From assembly GCF_009914755.1 (NCBI RefSeq), contig NC_060937.1: a stretch of 64,000 bases of DNA; one strand, written 5' to 3'. The position numbers and the translations under genes were made by a program. The DNA comes from the human T2T-CHM13v2.0 reference genome, Homo sapiens. Shown one piece after another: positions 29,173-40,911 of this stretch. The notes below the pieces were generated by a model. It saw only the letters and a program-made list of their open reading frames with translations, was not told the DNA's origin and made no database searches. Each line of letters starts with the position of its first letter. Position 1 is the first letter of the stretch.

Positions 29173-29340
29173 ACTTATTGAGCACCTATTGTATGGCATG
29201 CAGTAAGTCAATTGCTTAATAGATGTGTTCTCATTTATTCTTCAAGATTAGCCTGTTAAGTACTAGGTACTATTGTTATTCCGATTTTGAAAATGAGAAA
29301 ACTGATGCTTGGAGAGGTTAAATACCTTATTTAAGGTCAT
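29172..29340 (-). mobile_element. MIR whose 3' tail runs into the trinucleotide array
   Basis: ttattgagcacc...ctcattt...taggtactattgttatt...atgagaaaactga...gagaggttaa...aaggtca is antisense MIR. Confidence 0.8.
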
Positions 29341-31261
29341 TATGCGATGAGAAATAAAGAAACACGAACTGTGAACCCTACCCTAAGGAAGTATATAATC
29401 TGTTGGGAAGCAAAATTAAAGCATATGCAATGTCAGAGACTTTTAGAAGATGTTACAAACAAGTGCCAGATTGCATGGGCTCAGGCTGGAAATGCTGTAG
29501 ACATTCAGAGAACAGGGACCAGTGAAGGTCAGTGTGTGCATCAGGTTTGTTTGTTTTATGGAATTAATACATTCTGTTTCCCTTAGGTACTGTATGGATA
29601 TGCATGGGAAACAGGAACCTCAGTCATCAGGCTTCACAAGATCCCAGAAAAGGTCCTTCAGACAGGGTTCTTAGGGAAAATGAAAACAGTGTTATACCTG
29701 GCCCCATGGAAACTGGACTTGGGGGAGCTGTACCAGATGCAAAAGCATTCTAGTAACAAGGCAGTCTTGTGGCCTGGTGCAGCAGGTCCCGACTCACCTC
29801 TCAGGCTCTACTGTGAGTGTTGACTGCTCGCTGGTGTTTCCACTCCTGCTCCTGGAAGGACTCCTGCTCTCTGTGTCTTCTGCAGAGGTTTCCAAGAGAG
29901 GGGATCCCATCGGTCTGGGCAACTTCACCGTTCTTTTCTAAGCAGATCTTTCACATCTGGCAAACTCATGGGACCCTGGCCAGCCTCTTGACTATCGACC
30001 TAGGTTAGGAGCCTACCCTTATTCAATCAGCTCTGGCCAAAGTATCTCGGTCATATGGAGCATGATCACCTATGCAGAAGGAGCCCCTTGGAACTGCTGT
30101 GGCTCCAGGGCTGGGTTATAAAAGTGTGTGTCACAGGGAGCTCTGGGTACTGCGACCATCCTGACTGACCTGTTGACTGCGTTGGGGGAAGATTCTGAAA
30201 GAGTGGACCTTGATGGGCAGGAGTTTTAAAGGGGGTATATCAGTTTGGGAGAAAAACATCTTAGAAAAGGTACAGATGATAGACTGAGATTAGCTGTTGG
30301 TAGTGGAGGCCACAAGGAAAGAAAGAGTGGGAATTTGGGTCAGCTACGTAGACCAGATCAGGGGCCTTACAAGTCAGGCAGAAATGTTTAGATGGTAATT
30401 GTGAGGCACTAGAAAGCTGTTAAGGGTTTCGGAGTACAACAGCGATGTGAAAATGGTATCTAAGAAGAATTAGGGTGGTAGAGGCATGAGGCATAGATTG
30501 GATCAGATAAGACCAGAGTCAGGGATTCCAAACGGGAGGCGGTTATATTCATCTACATGTGCGGCCAAGAAGCAGGAAAGCAGAATTCTTTTTCAGGGAG
30601 ACTTTAGTTTCTTATCCTTAGGCACCTTTTAGGATTTCTAGCCCTATTCCGGATTTAGGCAATTAACATGCTCACATGACACTTTGTTTATTAGATACTC
30701 ACGCGGTCCAGTTTGAACAACAACAAAAGACCCATTTGAATGAACTCAAATCATACATTAGGTTGATAATGAGTCACAAGTTATTTTAAAAATAGCTATT
30801 TGTTTACCAAATTCACTTGCTTGATATATTCCTGAACTAAATTCCCATAATAACTCTTGTGTCGTAATTTACTCCTATACTTTCTGTTGCATTTCTTACC
30901 TTCTCTTTTTAAGAACTCCATTTTCGTTTTTTTATTTATTATTATTTATTTTTTTAGAATCCACGTCAGTTTTTATTGTTTAATTTTTATGTGTTCTTAC
31001 ATGTCGTTGACTGAACACCACCAAGGTAACTACCTGACCCTCTGTAGTCTCTCCTGAACCCATAAGTGAGTTTGATTAGCTTTTCTTCAGGGAAGCACTT
31101 CATAGTCTCTGCAAGCTTTAAAATACAAGATTTAAAATATCTGCTGTTTAAAACACAAGATTTAAAATATGATTAGCAAACAATACACATCAGTGATGGC
31201 TCTGCTCCCTCTGGCCTAATGTGAATCATTTGATTTTTCTATTGTGTTTTGAACACATTCA

Positions 31262-31447
31262 CGATATTTCATAAAATCCAAGATGCCATCGATTTGAAGA
31301 TCCACAATGGTTAATTGTGCTGCTATCACTAGGAGATAAAATATACTGTCAATTAAACTAAGACACAAAGAATGTTCGAACATACCTCTTATAATTAGAG
31401 ATATTAAAATGGGAAAAAGAATGTGTTTTAGAAGGGGCGAATATGAC
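31262..31447. mobile_element. MER104-like (TcMar-Tc2) remnant
   Basis: tatttcat...aagatgccatcgatt...agagatattaaaatg...tgtgttttagaa, resembling MER104 and its termini. Confidence 0.5.
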
Positions 31448-31927
31448 AGGTTATGAGAATCTTTTGAATCATGTTTTCAAATGGGGAGTAAACCAGTGTT
31501 AACCTTAATTCTAGCCCAAACCCTTCTCTAATCCTAACCCAAATACTACCTAACCCCGCTCTCCTCTCTCCTACTGCTCGTATTCAGCAGATCACTTAAT
31601 TCTCTCAGTATTATAGTAGAAACTGTTCATGTGTGAGATGACATCCCAGCTGTGTTACCACTGCCTTCATTGGATCTTTATCCTCGCTTGCCTGGGCTCT
31701 CGTAACAGCCTATTGTTTTGTCTCCTTGCCTCTGGTCCTGCCCAACTCTTTCCTTGCAAACTGAAGCCATTTACCTTCCTAAAATTAAAATCTGATCATG
31801 TCAGTTTTCTATTTAGTCATTTTTTCCCCTCTCCCTGAAATGTACTTTTTTCTTCTCTGCCCGGTAAAGACTCAGCTCATATGCTGCCTTCTCTGTGGTG
31901 CCTTTCATAAAACCGTGGATACATTTT

Positions 31928-32204
31928 TTTCCCCTCTTTTGCAGTCTCTCTGTGTCACTCAGGCTGGAGTGCAGTGTTGCAATTAGCTTACTATAACCTC
32001 AAACTCCTGTGCTCAAGGGATCCTCCTGCCTAAGCCTCCCGAGTAGCTGGGACTCAGGTGTGCACCAATATGCCTGGCTAATTTTTAATTTTTTTTGCAG
32101 AGACGGGGCCTTGCTATATCACCCGGGATGGTGTTGAACTCCAGGGCTCAAGTGATCCTCCCGAAATGCTGGGATTACAGGCATGAGCCACCTCACCTGA
32201 CTCA
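31928..32204 (-). mobile_element. Alu (AluJ-like)
   Basis: Antisense Alu; TSD TGGATACATTTT at 31916-31927 and 32205-32216. Confidence 0.92.
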
Positions 32205-32577
32205 TGGATACATTTTGGATGCCCTATGCTCTCTTTAGCATTTTGTCTGGAAAGAAGTCTCATAATCTGATGTTAGGTGGAGATGAAAACTAGACTATAT
32301 ATAGGATCAGTGCCAGTAATGAGTGAGAATGAGAAAGGTTCAGTCCACAGTCTGACTAGCAGGGCTTCTGGGTGATTATTGAAGACCAAAAAATACGGTT
32401 ACTAAGAGACTCAGACGTGAGCAAAGAGGCCCCATGATCCTAGCACTAGGAACTGGAAGCTTGGGAATAGGAGTGGGTGCCTGGTTGAAAGGACAGTGAG
32501 ATTTGTTCACTCACTTGGCTCTTTCTGAAGCTGTTTTTCTTGGGTTCTTCGTATCTTCTCTGGTTCTGGATCTAAGG

Positions 32578-32796
32578 CAGGGGTTGACGAATTACAGCCT
32601 CCAGGCCAAACCTGCTTGCTGCCTGTTTTTGTAAATAAAGTTTTATGGGAACACAGGCACGCTTATTTGTTTACGTCTTGTCTATAGCTGCTTTCCTACA
32701 GCAACAGTAGAGTAACTGCGACAGACACCATAAACCCTGCAAAGCCTAAACATATTTACTATGTGGCCCTCTCCAGAAAAAATTTGCTGACCCCAG
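32578..32796. mobile_element. MER58A hAT-Charlie MITE
   Basis: CAGGGGT.../...ACCCCAG terminal inverted repeats, tttttgtaaataaagtttt core; 8-bp TSD ATCTAAGG / ATCTAAGA. Confidence 0.9.
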
Positions 32797-34526
32797 ATCT
32801 AAGACATCTTAGAGGCACCATACAATGGTGCTGGACACTTTAAAAATATACAGGTAAATGATGAAATGTTAAGTTAATAAAAACAGAGAATAAGTTAAAA
32901 GTAGTGCACGAAAAGAAGGATAGAAAAAATAGTAAAAGCAAAGGATAAAAAAAAAAAAACAACAGTAAACTTAAGGTCCAACCCAAGGTCTTTGTCTAAA
33001 TTAATCTCTTTGAATGTGCCTGGGTAAATGCTGTCTGCGTCTGTGATGATGGTGGGATCGATGGCTCGGAACAAAGGCTTCAAGAAGTGAGAAGAAGCCT
33101 TCGGCAGGCCACACTCAGTGTCTTACGGGGAGGCCAGCTCCTCCCCATTCTCCCCTTCCCATCTCCTTCCTCTTCTGCCGTGTTCTTCCTGTCCTCACCA
33201 TGCACCCAGCCTGTGACACGGATGCTCTCTCCTTTCTTCCTATCTGTGGTTACCCTCAGCACGAACCTAGGTTTAGAAATCTAAAGACGTGCATTTGGGA
33301 GGACAGAGGCAGGAGCAAGCAGCTATGTTTTCAGAGATGGTGCGAGCCTCCTGCCCAGACTGCTGAAGAGCCCACAGTTCCTGAGAGAACATATGTCACC
33401 CAGGAGAGATATTGGGGCGATCATCTGACTGCTTGGCAGGCTCAGCCCCAGAGTAACCTGGAGCCTGGAAAGGATATTTCTGTCTTCTTTCCCACTCCAT
33501 TCTTTGGTATTTATATTCAAATGTCATCTTTTGTCAAAGTTCTCTGGTGAGAAGAGGTAAAAGGGGTTCTTAGGTAAGTAGCTCATGGGCACCAAGACCA
33601 GTCCCCTGGATAATCTAAGAAGTGTGGCTTGCATCCAACAGGGCCATATGTCATGTAATCCTAACCTGGACCCTCTGCCAAGCCAAGCTATTCTTATTGT
33701 CATTCAGAGCAGTTTCCAAAAGAAAAATCTGGAAGGGTGTGTGGATCTTAGGGCGCAGCGGAGATTTGCCCAAGTGAATAGTTGTAAAATGTGTGCCTGA
33801 TCAAATACAAAATCAAAATGGTCTGATGATCAAGTGGTTAATGCCAAGGCTATCCTTGCCCCGGGTTTACTGGGAAGGAGCAAGGCCAAGGGAGAGCAGC
33901 GGCAAGGCGGGATTCCATGCTGTTGCTCTAAGAAGGGATGTAGACATGGCTCTGTCAGCGGGTGCATCCAACAGCTCCAGCTCACAGACGTACAGAAAGC
34001 CTATTCACAACCTGCCCTTGTCCCCAGACATTCTAAGACCTGCAGGGACTTCCTCTGTACCCATTCCTCAGCTGCTTGCTATTCCCTTGTGGGTGATTTT
34101 TCTCTATTCAGTTCTACAGATTGTATCATGGACCCATTCTGTTCAACATACACAGGCCGGCAATGTTGGGGCATCATGCTGGCTGTGTGTGTATGAGCAT
34201 GTGTTAGGATACATATGTGCAAGGAGAAGAAAGAGAAACAGACAAAATGCCTCTCAGGGAGAGGGAGAGGGATTGAGAAAGAGAGAGAGAGAGTTAATGA
34301 GAGAGATCATGTGCTATTAGAGGGAAGAAAAAAGTTTTTATGAAAGTGAAAAATGAGATTTGAGATGGATATTGAGAGAGGGATAGAATTTCAATGAGAG
34401 AAAAGCAATCCAGATGTAGTATGAGAAAAGACAGAGAGGCAGAAAAAGAGGTGCATATTGGGGAACAGTTTGAATAATGGATACGATAAGGTTAGGGGAG
34501 TGGGAAGAGGTAGGTTAGGGGGAATC

Positions 34527-35430
34527 TATATTAGTGAGAATAAGGTTTGGCTAAGAGTGGCAGAAAACCAAAAGCACCCATGACTTAAGATATAAATATG
34601 TGAAGCCCAGCAGGTCCAGGCTGGAATGGTGCTCCTTGTGTCAGGGACCTAGGTTTCTTCTACCTTGTTGCTCTACAGTGTGGGTCTTTAATTGACAGTC
34701 CAAGATTGTGATGGTTAATTTTAGGCATCAACTTGACTGAGCTAAGGAATGCCCAGATAGCTGGTAAAGCATCATCTCTGGGTGTGTCTCTGGAAGACAC
34801 TAGCATTTGAATCATGGACTGAAGAGAGAAGATCTGCTTCACCAGTGTGGTTGGGCATGGTCTGTTCTGTTAAGGCCCAAATAGAACAGAAAGGTGGAGT
34901 TGAGACATCCCTCTTCTTCCACCATTGGGCAATCGAGCTCCTGGTTCTTGGGCCATTGGACCCTAAGACTTACACCAAGGCCTGTACCCTCCTTCTCAGC
35001 CCCTCTGCCTTGGATTGGGACTCACACCATTGGCTCCCTGGTTCTCAGGCCTTTGGACTTGGGCTGAATTACACAACCAGCTTTCTTGGGTCTCTACAGC
35101 TTGCAGACAGCAGATTTTGGGACTTCTTAGCCTCCAGAATGGCGTGAGCCAATTCCTATAATAAATATCCTTTTATATATATCTATATTTAACTGGTTCT
35201 GCTTCTCTGAAGGACCCTGACTAATATAATCATATTTTAGACATCAGAATGGAGAAAGGGACAAAGAAGGAGGAGAGGAAGTGGCATGTATGTCTTATCT
35301 ATTACAGAAGGTTTACAGAAACAGCCATATAAAACCTTATGTCCATTCCATTGACTAGAATATGGTCACACAGCCATGCCTAGCTGCAAGAGAGGCTGGG
35401 AAACAGACTGTGTTTTACGTGTCTATGTTC
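34527..35430 (-). mobile_element. Old MLT1 (J/K/L-like) LTR split by an MLT2 insertion
   Basis: tattagt...cagggacctaggtttctt and ggtcacacagccatgcctagctgcaagagaggctgggaaa halves flank the MLT2. Confidence 0.6.
34707..35228 (+). mobile_element. MLT2 (ERVL) LTR
   Basis: tgtgatggttaattt...caacttgact...gtgagccaattcctataataaat...ccctgactaata. Confidence 0.88.
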
Positions 35431-36004
35431 CCAGCAGATCACTGGGAGTTCTATTACCACAGAAGGAGAGAATGTACATTAAAGAACAACTGGTAGTATC
35501 TGAGTTTGCAGGATCTTGAATGCCAGGTTGACAAGGATCTACACTAAACTTCATGATTATGGGTTGATAGGAAGCTGTAAAGCTCCTGAGCAGAGGAGTT
35601 ACATGAAAGGGAGTATTTTAGGAAGGTGGTCAGTAGTACATAGATGGGTTAAGAAGGGGAGAAAGAGAAAATGGGGAGACCAGGAAGCCTACTGTAACAT
35701 CACAGTGGAGAATTAATGGTGTCAGTGAGCATGTAATGGAGCTTTTAGACTCAAGACTCATTGCAAAGTTGATGTAGCGGAGCTGGTCAGTGGAGAGTAG
35801 AAGTGAATAAGTCAAAGGTGATGTAGAAGTTTCAAACCTGTGTGCTGGGGGGAATGGGTTTGGCAATATCTGAATTATAGGCATGAGTAAGAAGAGCTGG
35901 CCTAGGGAAGATTATGGTGGGTTTGAATAATGTGAAATTTGAAGTTCTAGCAAGACTTTGCAATAAGGCATAAAATGGGCAGTTAAACTTGTGAGACTAG
36001 AAAG

Positions 36005-36342
36005 ATAAGGTAAATTAGGTGCTCATGGGCCACATTTGGCTTTTAGGTGCAATTTGCCCTGCATGGGGTTGATCTGCACATCTAAAAACTGAATTTGTTT
36101 AAAGTTAATTGCTTATTATAGCTGCATTTATGATTTATCTTGAAAAATGTTAAGCTTTGGAAATACTGGGCACTCATTCCTACAAAACTACAAGGGTGGA
36201 ATTGTGAGTGAACTACAGGCTCTCCACTTTGCTGCAGTCCCCACTGCTCCCTATAATCCTCTCTGGTCCAGGCTGTTCTTGTTACTTATATTACCATATT
36301 ACCTGCCTGGCCCCTGTAGGTATTTGAGTGCTCAACCACCTG
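36005..36342 (-). mobile_element. MER102-like hAT element within L2 remnants
   Basis: ttacctgcctggcccctgtaggtatttgagt terminus resembles the MER102 end. Confidence 0.6.
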
Positions 36343-37729
36343 TTGTAGGATTAGGAAAAGATGTCAGGACCACAGATAAAGATTTGGTTTTAGAAAGAGA
36401 GATGTGAAGAGAGAGTTGAAGCCATGGAAATGAATAAAATAGATGGAAGGAAAGAATCTAGAAGGAGAAGAAGAGGTCTAGAAATGTTGGGGTTGTGTAT
36501 ATTTATGAATCAGAGTGACAAGTGGAGCCTATAATGAGGAGTTTGAAGGAAAGTATTAGAGAGATAGAAGGAAACTTCGAACAGCGTCATATCATAGAAA
36601 CCAAAAGAGAAAATGATTTCAAGATGAAAATCAGCCAGTGTCAAATGCTGCAAAAAGAGGGAGGAAAATGAATCCTGGCCAAAGGTCATTAGCTTCAGAG
36701 ATTAGAAGGTCTTGCCGAGTTTCAGTAGAGTGGTGAGGGCAGAAGGAAAATTCAAACCCTGCTTTGAAGTTCCTAGCAATCTAAGTCCATCTATGTAGAG
36801 ACATTGGGGTATACAGGAGGGTAGGGGCCGCCTGTGACTGGCCTTGCTCGAAACTTCTCACTCTCCTGTTGAGAGCCCTAGGTAGAGACTGGATGGGGGA
36901 GGGGTATTCCCCAGGGATAGGAGGGTCTCTACTTCCTGTGTCCCACATCATTAAGCACCAGCTTCCCTCAGTTAAGCTTCACAAAACCCTTGGAGTTAGG
37001 TGTCATTATTTGCATTTTTTACAGATGAAGAAATGAAAGCCTGCAGAGGTGAAGTGATTTGTTCGGAGTGACTCACACCCTGATGAAGCTGAAGAATTGG
37101 GAGCCCGTTCCATTGTCTTCGGGGAGTGTGGAGGCACCCCTTTGTTCTCTGTTATTTAGATCTTAGCACATTAGGTTACAGTAATACTTACGTCAGCAAA
37201 AGATCCTTTCTCACCACTTTTTAGCACTGTTCCATTCAATAGTGACATCTTGCTCCAAGTGGTTAAAAGACACTGGAGTTTTAAGGGAAAAATAATTTAT
37301 TTCCAGTCTGTCTATATTGCTTAATACATGAAAGGTCTTTGCTTTGTCCAATTACGTTAACGTTTCTCAGGCTCAGTTTATTTCTGAAAATTGTGTGCCG
37401 TGAATGATATTCACATTATCACCATGAAAAAGGAAAATGATCTGTGTGAATGTAATCAGCCAATTAGTGGACTGGATTTATGGAATTATGATCTTTGAAC
37501 ATAGATACCTAATTCTACTTCATACAAGGGAAGACAAAGGCACAGACATGATGCCCACTCATAGAATACTTACTGCACAGTAGGGACTCAATTCATATTT
37601 GAATGAATGAATGGCACTCCCAGTGGCAAACTGGCAGGATAGCCCTGACCTCACCTGTCTACCCTGCATCCTCTCTGGCTTGGGGGAGATGCAGGCAGAG
37701 TTTGAGGAATCGTCAACATCTGTCAAAAT

Positions 37730-37930
37730 AATGGCTAATATTCCTTGAGCACTCACTATGTGCCAGGTACTGCAATAAGTGCTTTACAACTTGCATTTTC
37801 TCATTTTATTTTTGCAGTAGCTCCTCCTGGTGGGGTCTCTTCTTACGCCTATTTTGCAGATGAGGAAGCAGAGGCTGGGAGAATTGGAGGATTTTGCCCA
37901 AGATCATGGAGTCAGTAAGTGATGGAGCTG
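37730..37930 (-). mobile_element. MIR
   Basis: ttgagcactcactatgtgccaggtactg...attttgcagatgaggaagcagagg...gcccaagatca. Confidence 0.8.
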
Positions 37931-38214
37931 ATACTAGATTTATTCTTAGCCATGACACTGTGTGCCCACCGTGAAATCAGCTGTCCCACCAGGAGCCAGA
38001 ATCAATGAGGTAATGATCCAATTTCCTGTCCAGGGGGCATGCTGCCCTTGGTGCCATGTCTTGATGCAAGACCCAACACTGCCTCTCATGTGGCCCAGCT
38101 TGCTCTTCTGTGGGGGAGGTGTCCTTTCACTTGCATTTTCAAAATGGGGAGTTCAAAGCCGCGAGGGCTCCTCATCTTTGACCCCAGAACCAGGGAACAC
38201 AGTCCAACAAATGA

Positions 38215-38529
<315 letters not shown>

Positions 38530-40590
38530 AGGATTGCTCCCTGACAATTCTTTACATTAAAAAATCGTGTCAAGGAACAAACATGAAAACCTCTTTGCTT
38601 CTGTATTTAATGATTTTGCGACTGAAAAGAACAAAATTACCAAAAAAAAAAAAAAAAGATTTTGCCATTGAAAAGAACAAATGATCGCCCTGAAAAATCC
38701 AGGGAGGGAGCGTGCTTGTTTAGCGGGCTCTTCCATCTCTTTAATTCTAAGAATGGCTTTGCCAGGTTGGATTGGGCCCAGATTGCTGCACAGCTCCTCA
38801 ATGCAGATGGCTTCTCCTTTGGGAAGTAGCAGCGCTCAGTAATGGACCCCTCGTGTTAACAGGAAGCATAAGGTGGGGATGGGCAGGGGGCTTAACAAGG
38901 TATTTATCACAGTGATTGTGCCCAGGGGTTTCTCCCGTGATTGCTTCATAAATTTGAGTAATCTTTCCTCCTCTGATTTATGTGGCTCTTCTAGAGGGCA
39001 TTGTTCGGCAGGCAGTACATTAATGTGGATGCTAAATATAGCTGGAAAGAGCCCAGTCCCGGAGGCTCCAGTGCCCACTGGCAGGCAGGCTTCTGCCAGT
39101 CAATAACCTACTTTTGTTCCAGTCTTTCTTGCTAGAATATATCATGCCATAGCGGCTATTTATATCTGGAAACCATTCTGAAAGTTGTTAGAAATCCTTC
39201 CTGCGGCAGCGTGCTGCCCTCCCAGGAGCTGCTGAAGTGTAAATATGCAGCGAGGCATTCTTCCCAGCAGCGCCTGGCTGCACTGAGTGACCTTGATGGG
39301 CTCCATCCTTCCTTTGAAAACAAAAACACCAACTTGGAATTTTAATTAAAAGGCAGGCAGTGGGCTATCGAGCTTGGTGCGTTGGCTGCACTGCTGTCCA
39401 TCGCAATGTGGATTTGAGGTCACCATTGTGAAGCCTGTAACACTAACTTATCGGGAAAAACACATCAGCTGAACTTATCTCCAGGTTTGCCAGGAGCCAG
39501 AGGCTCAGATGAAGAACTTTTTTTTTTTTCCTTTTGGTGCATGAAACAGGCACAGTCAAGAACACTGGGAATTCTATTAGGGCAGTGCCCGCCACTGAGG
39601 GAGTGAAGGGAGCCCCGCAAATAGTACTCTTTCTGGCCTGCACCTATGTGGAATCTATTGGTTTAATGTCACAGAGCAAGTTGCCTGTGTGGTGGTGACA
39701 TGAAATGGCTCCGTTTGGTTCAGTGATGATCTCGGAACACTAGTGGTTCAGCTTTAGAACTGGCCATAAAATGAACTAAGTCTGGTTAAGTGGGTTGTTT
39801 TGCATCGGAAAAGTTATTTAAAGCCTTTTAAAAATAGCGTTATTGGAGCCTGTTATTGGTTTACATTACTTTGCAAGGAGGCACGCACATTGTTTATTGC
39901 AAAGATCTCCTGATTTCAAGATTTTAAAAACCCCCTCTAAATAAAGGGATTATCCCTATCTGAGATCTCCAGACACCGACCACCTTGAGTGTCCTGGTGA
40001 CTTGCACCTGGAGCCTGCACGCTGTGGGGCGGGGGCTTCCCCACTCCAGGTCAGCAGCAATTTCCCAGGGAGCTTTAAAAATGCACATTCCTGGGCCCCG
40101 CCAAGGTATTCTTATCTGGTGAGCCTGAATCTGTGTTCTGAGGAGTTTCCAGAGGATTCCAATGACTGATCAGGTTTGGGAACTCCTGGCTGAGAGCTTT
40201 TGGAAGCCCAATCTAGTCATGGGATAAAAATGACTGGGATTTTCAGAGAAGAGGAAAAGGAGGAGACGACTCAGATGAGTCCCTGCTCCTTTCTCCTGCT
40301 TCTTTTGTGAGGATGTTGGGAACGTCAAGTGACAAAATGGATGGGCAGTGACTGCGGCAGGAACCCACTCTGTCATAATGTTCCTCGCATTACAGCCTTA
40401 GTCCTGACAATCTGTGAGCCGCTATTAGGATCCTCATTTTATAAACTAGGAAACCAAAGCATGGAGCTATCCCATTCCATGTCTAAGATGTGTAGCTGTG
40501 TGCTGGAAGCCAGTGGACACCTGGGCTCCAGGCACTCCTTCCTGCCTTGCCTCAGTTTCCTCTTGGGCTGTCATGTCCCGGCCATGTCTT

Positions 40591-40911
<321 letters not shown>

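Noticed and set aside
26179-29211. 1010-aa, 737-aa and 367-aa ORFs as real glycine-rich, mucin-like or extensin-like genes
   Set aside because: They are overlapping translations of one trinucleotide array; open frames are expected from its composition, and there is no signal peptide, domain or exon structure.
31499-31558. Degenerate TAACCC-like hexamers suggesting an interstitial telomeric repeat
   Set aside because: Too short and degenerate to support; may belong to an ancient repeat.
33793-34320. 175-aa ORF
   Set aside because: Non-ATG start, no recognisable similarity, ends in GA-rich low complexity; consistent with chance.
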